From: Steroidobacteraceae bacterium
Lineage (GTDB): Bacteria; Pseudomonadota; Gammaproteobacteria; Steroidobacterales; Steroidobacteraceae
Length of the DNA stretch: 64,000 bases
NCBI GenBank assembly: GCA_041395525.1
Contig: JAWLAH010000009.1
Location: 18,347-82,346 of the forward strand
Direction of reading: 5' to 3'
Below, piece by piece: positions 9,216 through 17,278 of this stretch. The notes under the pieces were generated by a model, which saw nothing but the letters and a program-made list of their open reading frames with translations, was not told the origin of the DNA and did no database searches. The position numbers and the translations under genes are program-made. Every line of letters begins with the position of its first letter. Within the stretch, counting starts at the first letter, position 1.

Positions 9216-9234
9216 CGGGAGCAAGACCGTGCGC

Positions 9235-11775
9235 ATGCTGCAAAGATCACAAGCCTCACGACTCACGCTGTGCATGGTGCTGTTACTGATCGCGCCCTTC
9301 GCCCGGGCGCAAGACAGCGGTCTCGGCATCGATTTGCAGTTTGGCAATGCTCTCGATCCCAGCGGCCTCGAGCCGAGCAGCGGCATAGGCACGCTGGGCT
9401 GCGATCCCGATGGCGCCAGTTGGTTGACGAGCGTTCGCAAGCGGACGCCCACGGGCTTCCTGTATGCCTGTCCGCCCGATCATCCGGAGTTTCTGCTGGG
9501 CGGCGAATGGCAGTACCGCGGCGCGTTTTCGGTCGGTTATCTGGGGCTCTCGGGCGACCAGGACAACATGCTGTTCAGCCGCTACTCGAATTGGGATGAC
9601 GGTCTGTATCTGGGTGGCAGTTTCCGCTACGAGAAGCCGAGCGACGGCAGTTATTTCGATGTGCGCGCCAGTCGCATCAACGACGACGATCAATACCTGC
9701 GTGCGTTGTACGGACGTGCCGGCAAGTATCGCATCCAGGCATTCGTGCGCAGCCAATCCAATGTGACGAGCAGCAATGCCCGTTCGATCTGGGAGGGCAT
9801 TGGTAGCAATAATCTCACGCTGAACGGCGCCCTGACGCCAGCCAGCAGCACCTCTGCGCAAGTTGCAGCGGTGTCGGCCAGCCAGCCGGAGCAGAGCCTG
9901 GTGGTGGTGCGTGACAAGCAGGGCCTCGGCATCAACTATTTCATCAGTCCGCGCTGGGTAGCATTCGGAAATATCAGCCATGAGTCGCGCGCGGGCGCGC
10001 GCCCGTTCGGCGGTCCGTTCTTTTTCAATTATCCGTTTGCCGACAACGGCGGCGCGTACGAGATTCCGCGGCCAATCGATGACAGTACTGTCAATCTCAA
10101 CGGCGGCGCACGCTGGACGGGCAGCGCCTGGCGCATGGAGTTTGCGTATTCGGGCTCGTTCTTCCGCCATGCCAATGGCACGTTCGACTACCAGGTGCCC
10201 TTCGCGGTCCGGCCGGTTGTGCCTGGCCTGGTGTCGCCGCTGCTAACCAGCGGCCAGTTCGCCTACGAACCGGAGAACGACTATCACCATCTGCGGGTCA
10301 ATCTGACTCGCAAGATCGCCCTGAACGGTGAGTTCTCGTTGGCCGCATCGGGTGGTGAATTGAGCCAGAACGACCAGTTGGCACCACCGATGACCTGCAC
10401 TGGCCAGTTCGGTATCCCGGTCATTCCCGGCAACCTGTACGACTGTGCAAACTGGAACACGAGCGCTGCCTTGTCGCGCGCGCGCGCCGATCTCGCGATC
10501 AAGACCTCGATGCTCGATGCGCGAGTCGTGCTGCAGCCGGGGCGTGACGTCACCTGGCGGGCAAGCGCGAAATACGATCGGCAGGATTATCAAGGCGACT
10601 ACGACGCCTTCAACCCGCTCACCGGTCAGTGGGGTTACCCGGCGGAAAACGGCGCGCAGGGTAGCGTGGTGCCATTCGAATCCGGCATTTGGGATCCGGG
10701 CCCAGGCGCCAGCAACATTACGCGCATTCGCAACCTGCCGCTCGATCGTGAACTATTACAGTTCACGCTGAGTGCGGATGTGCGTCTGAATACCAGCAAC
10801 TCACTCGGCACCACATACAGTTTCGATCGCACCAAACGCGGCAATCGCGAGGTTGCCACGACCAACGATCATTCGCTCAAGCTTACCTGGCACAATCGCA
10901 CGTTCGACTGGCTCACCTTTCGCGCTAACTACACCTACCTGCGCCGTACCGGCAGCGAATACGAGTTCAATCCGTACGAGTACACGTTCTCGACCTCGCT
11001 CCCGGGCTTCGTCATTCCGCCGAATGGCGTACCCGCGCACACGGTTTCGGCCATGCGCAAGTACGACGTCGGCGGCCGCACGCAGCACAAAGCCGATTTG
11101 ATGGCGACCTTTGTCCTACCGAGTGACATGACGTTCTATGCGTCAGTCCGTGGCGACTGGAACGACTACAGTGCGGTGATCGGCCGACGAGGTTACGATG
11201 CGCTGGGCGGCAGTCTGCAATGGGAATGGCAGCCCACAACTGCCACGGTGGCGAGCGTCTGGTACGGCTTCGACCGCTCGAGCCTGGATCTGGCCAATGT
11301 CAATGATGCCGCCTTGACACCGGACCCGGTCCTGGGCGGCGCTACCTATCCAGAGGCCAATCGCTGGTGGTCGCGCGATCGGCAACGTAATCACTACGCC
11401 GGTCTGACGCTCAATCAGACGGTCGGACGGATCAAGCTGGATGCTAACTGGAACTGGAGCTCATCGCGCGGCCGCACGTCCTACAGCTTCAATTCACCCG
11501 GCGCGCTCACCACACCTGCGTTGGCGGCCCTGCTGACTGGGCAGTTTCCAGACATGCTCTATCGTGCCCACGCGGTCTCGCTCGGCGTGGCGATTCCGGT
11601 GAATCGCTCGTTCAGCGTGCGTGTGTTCGATCGTTATGAACGAGGTCGCGTGTCCGACTGGCATTACCTGGGTTTTGAGAATGGCCAGGTCCTCGATCAT
11701 CGCGTCTACACGGACGGTGGGCCGACTGACTACAGCGCCAATCTGATCGGCCTGGCGTTCGAGGTAAAGCTGTGA
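9235..11775 (+). CDS. Large outer-membrane beta-barrel, MtrB/PioB/MtoB-like decahaem-associated porin
   Basis: 846 aa with signal peptide (..APFARA|QD). Beta-barrel-like composition with many Y/F/W-x-alternating strands and a C-terminal ..LIGLAFEVKL. Starts 20 nt after the decahaem gene. Family assigned mainly from context and size. Confidence 0.7.
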   Translation: MLQRSQASRLTLCMVLLLIAPFARAQDSGLGIDLQFGNALDPSGLEPSSGIGTLGCDPDGASWLTSVRKRTPTGFLYACPPDHPEFLLGGEWQYRGAFSVGYLGLSGDQDNMLFSRYSNWDDGLYLGGSFRYEKPSDGSYFDVRASRINDDDQYLRALYGRAGKYRIQAFVRSQSNVTSSNARSIWEGIGSNNLTLNGALTPASSTSAQVAAVSASQPEQSLVVVRDKQGLGINYFISPRWVAFGNISHESRAGARPFGGPFFFNYPFADNGGAYEIPRPIDDSTVNLNGGARWTGSAWRMEFAYSGSFFRHANGTFDYQVPFAVRPVVPGLVSPLLTSGQFAYEPENDYHHLRVNLTRKIALNGEFSLAASGGELSQNDQLAPPMTCTGQFGIPVIPGNLYDCANWNTSAALSRARADLAIKTSMLDARVVLQPGRDVTWRASAKYDRQDYQGDYDAFNPLTGQWGYPAENGAQGSVVPFESGIWDPGPGASNITRIRNLPLDRELLQFTLSADVRLNTSNSLGTTYSFDRTKRGNREVATTNDHSLKLTWHNRTFDWLTFRANYTYLRRTGSEYEFNPYEYTFSTSLPGFVIPPNGVPAHTVSAMRKYDVGGRTQHKADLMATFVLPSDMTFYASVRGDWNDYSAVIGRRGYDALGGSLQWEWQPTTATVASVWYGFDRSSLDLANVNDAALTPDPVLGGATYPEANRWWSRDRQRNHYAGLTLNQTVGRIKLDANWNWSSSRGRTSYSFNSPGALTTPALAALLTGQFPDMLYRAHAVSLGVAIPVNRSFSVRVFDRYERGRVSDWHYLGFENGQVLDHRVYTDGGPTDYSANLIGLAFEVKL

Positions 11776-12581
11776 GCCCGCTGATGCGCAGCGTCGCCTG
11801 CGCCGCGCTCTGCCTGGCTGCCGGGCACGCTGGCGCCCAGTCTGCGGGACAAACGTCGGCATTGGACGAGTCATCAGCTGGCACTAACACCCAGGTGGCA
11901 GCGGCATTGCTGCACGCGCCGTACAGTGACCTTCGGGCGATTCGACCGATCGCTGGCGATGCGGAGGCTGGGCGCCGCAAGTCCGAATCCTGCGCGGGCT
12001 GTCACGGTGAACACGGCATTGCTATCGTCCAGGAGTTTCCGAGCTTGGCGGGGCAACACGCCGATTTCACGTACTGGCAATTGGTGGAGTACAAACGCGA
12101 CGCCATGCCTGGCGGCCAGATGACGCCGCCAATGACGCCGCTCGCGGCCGATCTCAGCGACGCCGACATGCGCGATCTGGCGGTTTACTACGCCGGCCTG
12201 GACCCGGCTGCCGCGCCCGCCACGGAAGCCGCGGCGCGTCCGGCAACGGCAGAGCAGCTGCAACGCGGTGAGTTGTTATACCTGTCGGGCGATCCGGGGC
12301 GTGGCATCCCGCCGTGTCAGGGCTGTCACGGATCGGATGCGCGCGGTCATCGCGACGCGTTGCGACGCGACCGCAACGGCCGCACGCCCTACGCTGCTTA
12401 TCCAGCGTTGCGCGGCCAACAAGCTGCCTACCTGCGCCTAAAACTGGCCGAATACCGTGACGGAAAACAGCAGGACTCGACCACGGACTTCGTCATGAGT
12501 GGCGTTGCCGTCGCGCTCGATGACGCGAGTATTCAGGATTTGTCGGCGTGGTTAGCCTCGTTGAGCTGGGCTGCGAACTGA
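11772..12581 (+). CDS. Dihaem cytochrome c4-like periplasmic cytochrome
   Basis: Signal peptide and two class-I domains with CAGCHGEHG and CQGCHGSDARG. The GTG start overlaps the upstream stop (GTGA). Confidence 0.85.
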   Translation: MSPLMRSVACAALCLAAGHAGAQSAGQTSALDESSAGTNTQVAAALLHAPYSDLRAIRPIAGDAEAGRRKSESCAGCHGEHGIAIVQEFPSLAGQHADFTYWQLVEYKRDAMPGGQMTPPMTPLAADLSDADMRDLAVYYAGLDPAAAPATEAAARPATAEQLQRGELLYLSGDPGRGIPPCQGCHGSDARGHRDALRRDRNGRTPYAAYPALRGQQAAYLRLKLAEYRDGKQQDSTTDFVMSGVAVALDDASIQDLSAWLASLSWAAN

Positions 12582-12584
12582 GGT

Positions 12585-12610
12585 ATCCGCGACTGAGCCT
12601 CGTCGCGGAT
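12585..12610. terminator. 9-bp perfect inverted repeat (ATCCGCGAC-N8-GTCGCGGAT) between convergent genes
   Basis: Read directly. No U-tract, so function as a terminator is tentative. Confidence 0.45.
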
Positions 12611-13020
12611 CACTCTGCCGCTGGCTCGAAGCGCAGCGACACGCCATTCATGCAGTAACGTTCACCCGTGGGGGCGGGTCCATCGTTGAACACATGTCCC
12701 AAGTGCCCGCCGCATCGCGAGCAGTGCACTTCCGTGCGCTTCATGAACAGACTACCTTCGGTCCTTGTCTCCACAGCATCGGGCAAGGGCCTGAAGAAGC
12801 TCGGCCAGCCGGTGCCGCTCTCGAACTTGGTAGCGGATTCGAATAGTGGTTGATCACAGCCGGCACAGTGAAATTTCCCGGAGCGCTTCTCATAGTTGAG
12901 AGGGCTCGAGCCGGCGCGCTCCGTACCGTGCTCACGCAAGACGCGAAACGTATCGGCAGGCAGCTCCGTACGCCATTCGGCCTCGGATTTGTGAACCGCA
13001 AATTGCTTGTCGCTACTCAT
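12610..13020 (-). CDS. msrB: Peptide-methionine (R)-S-oxide reductase
   Basis: CAGCDQPLF...GTGWPSF...HCSRCGGHLGHVFNDGP. Confidence 0.95.
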   Translation of the reverse strand: MSSDKQFAVHKSEAEWRTELPADTFRVLREHGTERAGSSPLNYEKRSGKFHCAGCDQPLFESATKFESGTGWPSFFRPLPDAVETRTEGSLFMKRTEVHCSRCGGHLGHVFNDGPAPTGERYCMNGVSLRFEPAAE

Positions 13021-13024
13021 TTCG

Positions 13025-14020
13025 TCAGGTTGAACCGCGCGCTTCCCAGAGCCGCGGTTGATGATCGGTGGTGATGACGCTGATCTCGCGGCGTCGGTAG
13101 TCGATCGTAAACGACTCCAGCACGCCGATCACGTCCATGCCCAGGATCAAGGCCGGCGTGTGCTGGAGTTCCCAGACGTCGAAAACGTGAAAATTGCCGA
13201 ACGTTACGTCGACGTCGCCAATAATCAGGTCATCCAGTTTGATGGCCGGTGCGCGCCATCGCTCGCCTGCGGCGATCTGTTCCGTGGCGCCCGTGACTTC
13301 CGTCGCCTCTGCATCATCTCGGTTGCGATGGCCTATCAAGGCATCGCGCAAGGCGCCGTTGCCGAGCGTCCGTTCAGAGCCGGTGTCGATGATGATGGCG
13401 GTCTTGTAACGTCCGACGCGACCTTGCACCCGCAATACACCACCCTTGAGACGCTCCGCACGGATCTTGAATGCCCCCCCGGTCCGGGCACCGCCGCGAC
13501 TGCGCCGGATCTCGATCCTGTTGCGGCCGAAGTCGACGTCGATACGCTGCTCGGTGAGCCCGGCGACACCGAGGATGCCGTCGGCATTCGCCATGATCGA
13601 CGACCAGATGATCGGCATACGCTGATCCTCGAGGAGCAGTGCGCCGGCCTCGAGGCTGTCGATGTGCACGACCGGTACCTGGGCCGCGCCCGTGACCCCG
13701 TTCAGCGTCACGATATCGCCGTTGTTCGGCACCACTTGAAGCTTCGTGGCCAGCGCGGGTGATAGCGTGGAATGGCTGGCGCCGGTATCGATCACAAAAA
13801 GATACGGGCCCTGGCCATTGACCATGACGGGCGCCATGATCCGGCCGATTCGATCCAAGGTCGTTCGCGTCGCGTACTGCAGCTCTTCCGGCGGGTCTTC
13901 GTCCGTGCCGGTGATACGCCTGTAGGGTCGGGCCGGGGTATTCGCCCAAACGGGGCCCACGGTGGCCACGAACGCGGCACCAGCCAGACTGCTCATGAGC
14001 GCACGGCGGTCCATGGCCAC
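13025..14020 (-). CDS. Tat-signal, two-lobed retropepsin-like (clan AA) aspartic protease
   Basis: N-terminal MDRRALMSSLAGAAFVA (twin-arginine type). Two D-T-G motifs: FVIDTGASHSTL and IIIDTGSERTLG. Confidence 0.65.
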   Translation of the reverse strand: MAMDRRALMSSLAGAAFVATVGPVWANTPARPYRRITGTDEDPPEELQYATRTTLDRIGRIMAPVMVNGQGPYLFVIDTGASHSTLSPALATKLQVVPNNGDIVTLNGVTGAAQVPVVHIDSLEAGALLLEDQRMPIIWSSIMANADGILGVAGLTEQRIDVDFGRNRIEIRRSRGGARTGGAFKIRAERLKGGVLRVQGRVGRYKTAIIIDTGSERTLGNGALRDALIGHRNRDDAEATEVTGATEQIAAGERWRAPAIKLDDLIIGDVDVTFGNFHVFDVWELQHTPALILGMDVIGVLESFTIDYRRREISVITTDHQPRLWEARGST

Positions 14021-14042
14021 TATCCTACGCCGATCGACGCGT

Positions 14043-14056
14043 TTGACCTAGATCAA
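14043..14056. promoter_or_regulatory. FNR/CRP-type box TTGAC-CTAG-ATCAA upstream of the fnr-like gene
   Basis: One mismatch to the TTGAT-N4-ATCAA consensus. Centre lies about 78 nt upstream of the ATG at 14128. Confidence 0.55.
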
Positions 14057-14127
14057 TGACGCGCCGGGCGGAGCGGTGGACAGTTCAAAGTTGACGTCCA
14101 GCTGGCGGGATCGCACCGCGGGATACC

Positions 14128-14817
14128 ATGCCGACCAACTCCACGGGACCAATCGCCTGCCGCTACTGCGACCTGGTCGAGGTTTGCCGTCAGTGCGGAA
14201 TCATCGCCCAGCGTGAGAGTGGCGAATTGCAGCGCGCTGGCAGTGCCCCGCGTACCTTGCCGATAGGCGCCCGACTGTTTCGTGCGGGTGAAGCCGCCCA
14301 CTCGCTGTTCGCGGTGCGTCAGGGGATGCTGAAGACAGTCGATGTCGGTCTGGACGGCGAGGAGCATGTCGTGGCGGTGAACATGCCGGGGGACGCGCTG
14401 GGTACCGAGGCTTTCGGGGAGCGCATTTACGCGTACGACGTGGTCGCGGTGCAACCCGTCGTTTACTGCAAGTTGCCGCTGTCCCTGCTGAGCACCCAAT
14501 TCGCGCGCGTGCACGACTTGGCGAATGCGCTGATCAATTTGCTCAGTCGATCATCGGTGCTGCGGGTCCCGCCTGTTCGCGGGACGGTCCATCAACGGGT
14601 TGTTGCACTCATGCTCGATCTGTCGCGGCGACTGGAGCAATCGGGCTTCGATGGCCGCCGTTTTTCTCTTGGCATGACTCGGCAGGAAATCGCGAGTCTG
14701 CTCGGCACGCGGATTGAGACGGTGAGTCGAACGATCCAGAAGATGCATCGCGCGAAAGAGATCGCCATCGACGGTCAGCAGGTGACCTTGCTGTCGCTCA
14801 AGCCAGCGACGGCTTGA
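14128..14817 (+). CDS. fnr: FNR-type (Crp/Fnr family) oxygen-sensing transcription regulator
   Basis: N-terminal C11-x2-C14-x5-C20 plus C114 mirrors E. coli FNR C20/C23/C29/C122. Has a cNMP-like fold region. The HTH GTRIETVSRTIQKM carries the E--SR recognition motif. Confidence 0.8.
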   Translation: MPTNSTGPIACRYCDLVEVCRQCGIIAQRESGELQRAGSAPRTLPIGARLFRAGEAAHSLFAVRQGMLKTVDVGLDGEEHVVAVNMPGDALGTEAFGERIYAYDVVAVQPVVYCKLPLSLLSTQFARVHDLANALINLLSRSSVLRVPPVRGTVHQRVVALMLDLSRRLEQSGFDGRRFSLGMTRQEIASLLGTRIETVSRTIQKMHRAKEIAIDGQQVTLLSLKPATA

Positions 14818-14827
14818 CAGTTATCAA
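14814..14827. promoter_or_regulatory. FNR-type box TTGAC-AGTT-ATCAA upstream of ubiU
   Basis: Overlaps the fnr stop codon. Centre lies about 41 nt upstream of the ubiU ATG. Confidence 0.6.
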
Positions 14828-14861
14828 TACCGGGTCGCGCGCATGACGTCACCATGCACGC

Positions 14862-15863
14862 ATGACACTCGAACTCGTCTGTCCAGCCGGCACGCTGCCG
14901 GCCCTGCGCGCCGCTGTTGACAACGGCGCCGACGCTGTCTACCTCGGCTTTCGCGGCGCCACTAACGCGCGCAACTTCCCCGGACTCAACTTCAGCGAAA
15001 GCGAAGCGGCCGCTGGTGTCGCCTATGCACACGAGCGCGGTTCACGCGTGTTCGTTGCACTCAACGTCTACCCGTCGCCCACTACGTGGGAGGCGGCCAC
15101 CAACACAATCGATCGGGCTGCGCGGCTCGGCGTCGATGCGTTGATCCTGGCCGATCCTGGATTGATGCGTTTCGCGGCCGACCGCTACCCCAACCTGCGG
15201 CTGCACCTGAGTGTGCAGAGTTCCGCTACCAACTGGCGTGCGATTGAATTCTACCGGCAGGAATTTGGCGTGCAGCGTGCCGTACTGCCGCGCGTACTGT
15301 CTGCCACGCAGGTCGCGCGCCTGATCAAACGCACGTCGGTCGAGATCGAGGTCTTCGGCTTCGGCAGCCTCTGCGTCATGGCGGAGGGGCGTTGCGCGCT
15401 GTCGTCGTTTGCCACGGGGCACTCGCCCAATACGCAGGGCGTGTGCTCACCGGCCCACGCCGTGCGTTGGGAGGAGACACCAGCTGGCCGCCAAGCGCGC
15501 CTCAACGACATTCTCATTGATCGCTACGCACCGGGCGAGGCGGCCGCCTACCCGACCCTTTGCAAGGGGCGCTTTCGCGTCAACGACAGGGTTTTGCACG
15601 CACTCGAAGAGCCGACCAGCTTGAATGCACTCGACGTCCTGCCGGCACTCGCCGTGAGCGGCGTCAAGGCCATCAAGGTCGAGGGGCGACAACGCTCACC
15701 CGCCTATGTCGCACAGGTCACGCGCCTGTTGCGCCGCGCGTTGGACCTTTGCAATGACGCGGCGGCCAAATGGGTGCCGCCGGTCGAGCTGATCGGTGAG
15801 CTCGACGCACTGGCGGAGGGGCGCACGCATACGCTCGGCGCTTACGATCGCTCATGGCAATGA
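14862..15863 (+). CDS. ubiU: U32-peptidase-family protein UbiU (O2-independent ubiquinone hydroxylation)
   Basis: MTLELVCPAG..LRAAVDNGADAVYLGF..ARNF is the YhbU-type N-terminus. Conserved Cys cluster (CVMAEGRC..C..C). Paired with ubiV and ubiT. Confidence 0.85.
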   Translation: MTLELVCPAGTLPALRAAVDNGADAVYLGFRGATNARNFPGLNFSESEAAAGVAYAHERGSRVFVALNVYPSPTTWEAATNTIDRAARLGVDALILADPGLMRFAADRYPNLRLHLSVQSSATNWRAIEFYRQEFGVQRAVLPRVLSATQVARLIKRTSVEIEVFGFGSLCVMAEGRCALSSFATGHSPNTQGVCSPAHAVRWEETPAGRQARLNDILIDRYAPGEAAAYPTLCKGRFRVNDRVLHALEEPTSLNALDVLPALAVSGVKAIKVEGRQRSPAYVAQVTRLLRRALDLCNDAAAKWVPPVELIGELDALAEGRTHTLGAYDRSWQ

Positions 15864-16750
15864 GCGCACGCCCGATGAAGCTGGCGGTCGGCCCGCTCCT
15901 CTATCTTTGGGATCGGCAGACGGCACTCGATTTCTACGCCGATATGTGTGACGCGCCGGTCGATATCGTGTATCTCGGGGAAGTCGTTTGCAGCAAGCGA
16001 CGGGTGCTGCAGAAGGACGACTGGGGGTTGGTCGCGTGCGCACTGGAAGCCGCTGGCAAAGAAGTGGTCTGGTCGACCCTGGCGCTGATCGAGGCCGAAT
16101 CGGAACTCGCGACGATGGCGCGCATCGTCGACGGATCCGCCGGTCACTTCGAGGCTAACGACATGGCGGCAGTTCAACATGGCGCCGGCAGTCCGTTCGT
16201 AGCCGGTCCGCATCTCAACGTCTATAACGAAGCGACGTTGCGATTGCTCGTTGAGCAAGGCGCCAGGCGCTGGGTGGCCCCCGTGGAACTGCCCCTGGCA
16301 ACCATTGCGACGCTTGGCGAGACACGCCCCAAGGGTCTCGAGATCGAAGTGTTCGCATACGGTCGCTTGCCGCTAGCCTTCTCCGCGCGTTGCTTTACCG
16401 CTCGTTCGCAAGATCGGCCAAAGGATGATTGCGGCTTCATCTGTCGCGAGTACCCCGACGGCATCACGCTGTACTCTCGTGACGACCAGCCGTTCCTGAC
16501 TCTGAACGGTATCCAGACGCAGTCCGCCGCCGTACAAAATCTCTGCGCTCGCGTTGGTGAGCTGCGCGCAGCCGGGGTCGATATCCTCAGGCTCTCGCCG
16601 CAATCGCAGGACTTCGCGGCCGTGATCCGCGCGTTTCGGGATGCGGTAGACGCTACCGGCGCGGCAACGCCGTTCCCGGCCTCCGTGCTGCCGGGTGGCT
16701 ATTGCGACGGTTACCTGCGGGGTGCAGCCGGGATAGAGCGTGCACCGTGA
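15860..16750 (+). CDS. ubiV: U32-peptidase-family protein UbiV
   Basis: MKLAVGPLLYLW..VDIVYLGEVVCSKR is the YhbV type. An ATGA overlap with the ubiU stop suggests translational coupling. Alternative starts at 15854 and 15875. Confidence 0.85.
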   Translation: MSARPMKLAVGPLLYLWDRQTALDFYADMCDAPVDIVYLGEVVCSKRRVLQKDDWGLVACALEAAGKEVVWSTLALIEAESELATMARIVDGSAGHFEANDMAAVQHGAGSPFVAGPHLNVYNEATLRLLVEQGARRWVAPVELPLATIATLGETRPKGLEIEVFAYGRLPLAFSARCFTARSQDRPKDDCGFICREYPDGITLYSRDDQPFLTLNGIQTQSAAVQNLCARVGELRAAGVDILRLSPQSQDFAAVIRAFRDAVDATGAATPFPASVLPGGYCDGYLRGAAGIERAP

Positions 16751-17210
16751 GGCTTGCGAGAGGACCCGGCAGTACTGCTCTGACATGCGCTGGCAAATCG
16801 TAGTCCCAGCCGTCGAGCAGATTTTTCAGATGCAGCCCGGTTTCGGTCTCGCCTTCGACACCGAGGCGTCGTTGAAAGAACAGCGCATCGGGATCGACTC
16901 GGCGTCGCGCAAGATCGACGAAGTCCACGAGTGCACCTCGAATCGTGACATGCGGCGCCTGCACCGAATGGCGCAGCCCACCCGCGCGCAATTCGAACGT
17001 GAACGCGAGCGGCACGTCATCGACGCGCAATGCGATGCGTTTGCCGGTCAGTTCGCCGAGCCGCTCCGCGATGACTTGGCCGCGCAGCAACTGATTGATC
17101 GCGAGTGCGAGCAGTTGCGCTTGCGCGGTGACCGGCGCCAGACGCAGCGCGTGTCGAAGTACGGCATGAGTATCGAGCATGGGCATGTCCCTGGAGGCTG
17201 CTGCACGCAT
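16653..17210 (-). CDS. ubiT: SCP2-domain ubiquinone biosynthesis accessory factor UbiT
   Basis: RIALRVDD...[28 protein letters not shown] is YhbT-like. The Arg-rich tail overlaps the ubiV 3' end, so the true stop is uncertain. Confidence 0.8.
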   Translation of the reverse strand: MRAAASRDMPMLDTHAVLRHALRLAPVTAQAQLLALAINQLLRGQVIAERLGELTGKRIALRVDDVPLAFTFELRAGGLRHSVQAPHVTIRGALVDFVDLARRRVDPDALFFQRRLGVEGETETGLHLKNLLDGWDYDLPAHVRAVLPGPLASLTVHALSRLHPAGNRRNSHPAARRPGTALPRR

Positions 17211-17237
17211 TCATGCCATGCACGACGCGTGTGCGTA

Positions 17238-17251
17238 TTGACGTTCGTCAA
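17238..17251. promoter_or_regulatory. Palindromic FNR/ANR-type box TTGAC-GTTC-GTCAA in the ubiT/ubiD divergent region
   Basis: Centre is equidistant (about 34 nt) from the ubiT ATG (17210) and the ubiD ATG (17279). Confidence 0.6.
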
Positions 17252-17278
17252 GCTGTCCACGGCGCGCGGAGCGTCGGG

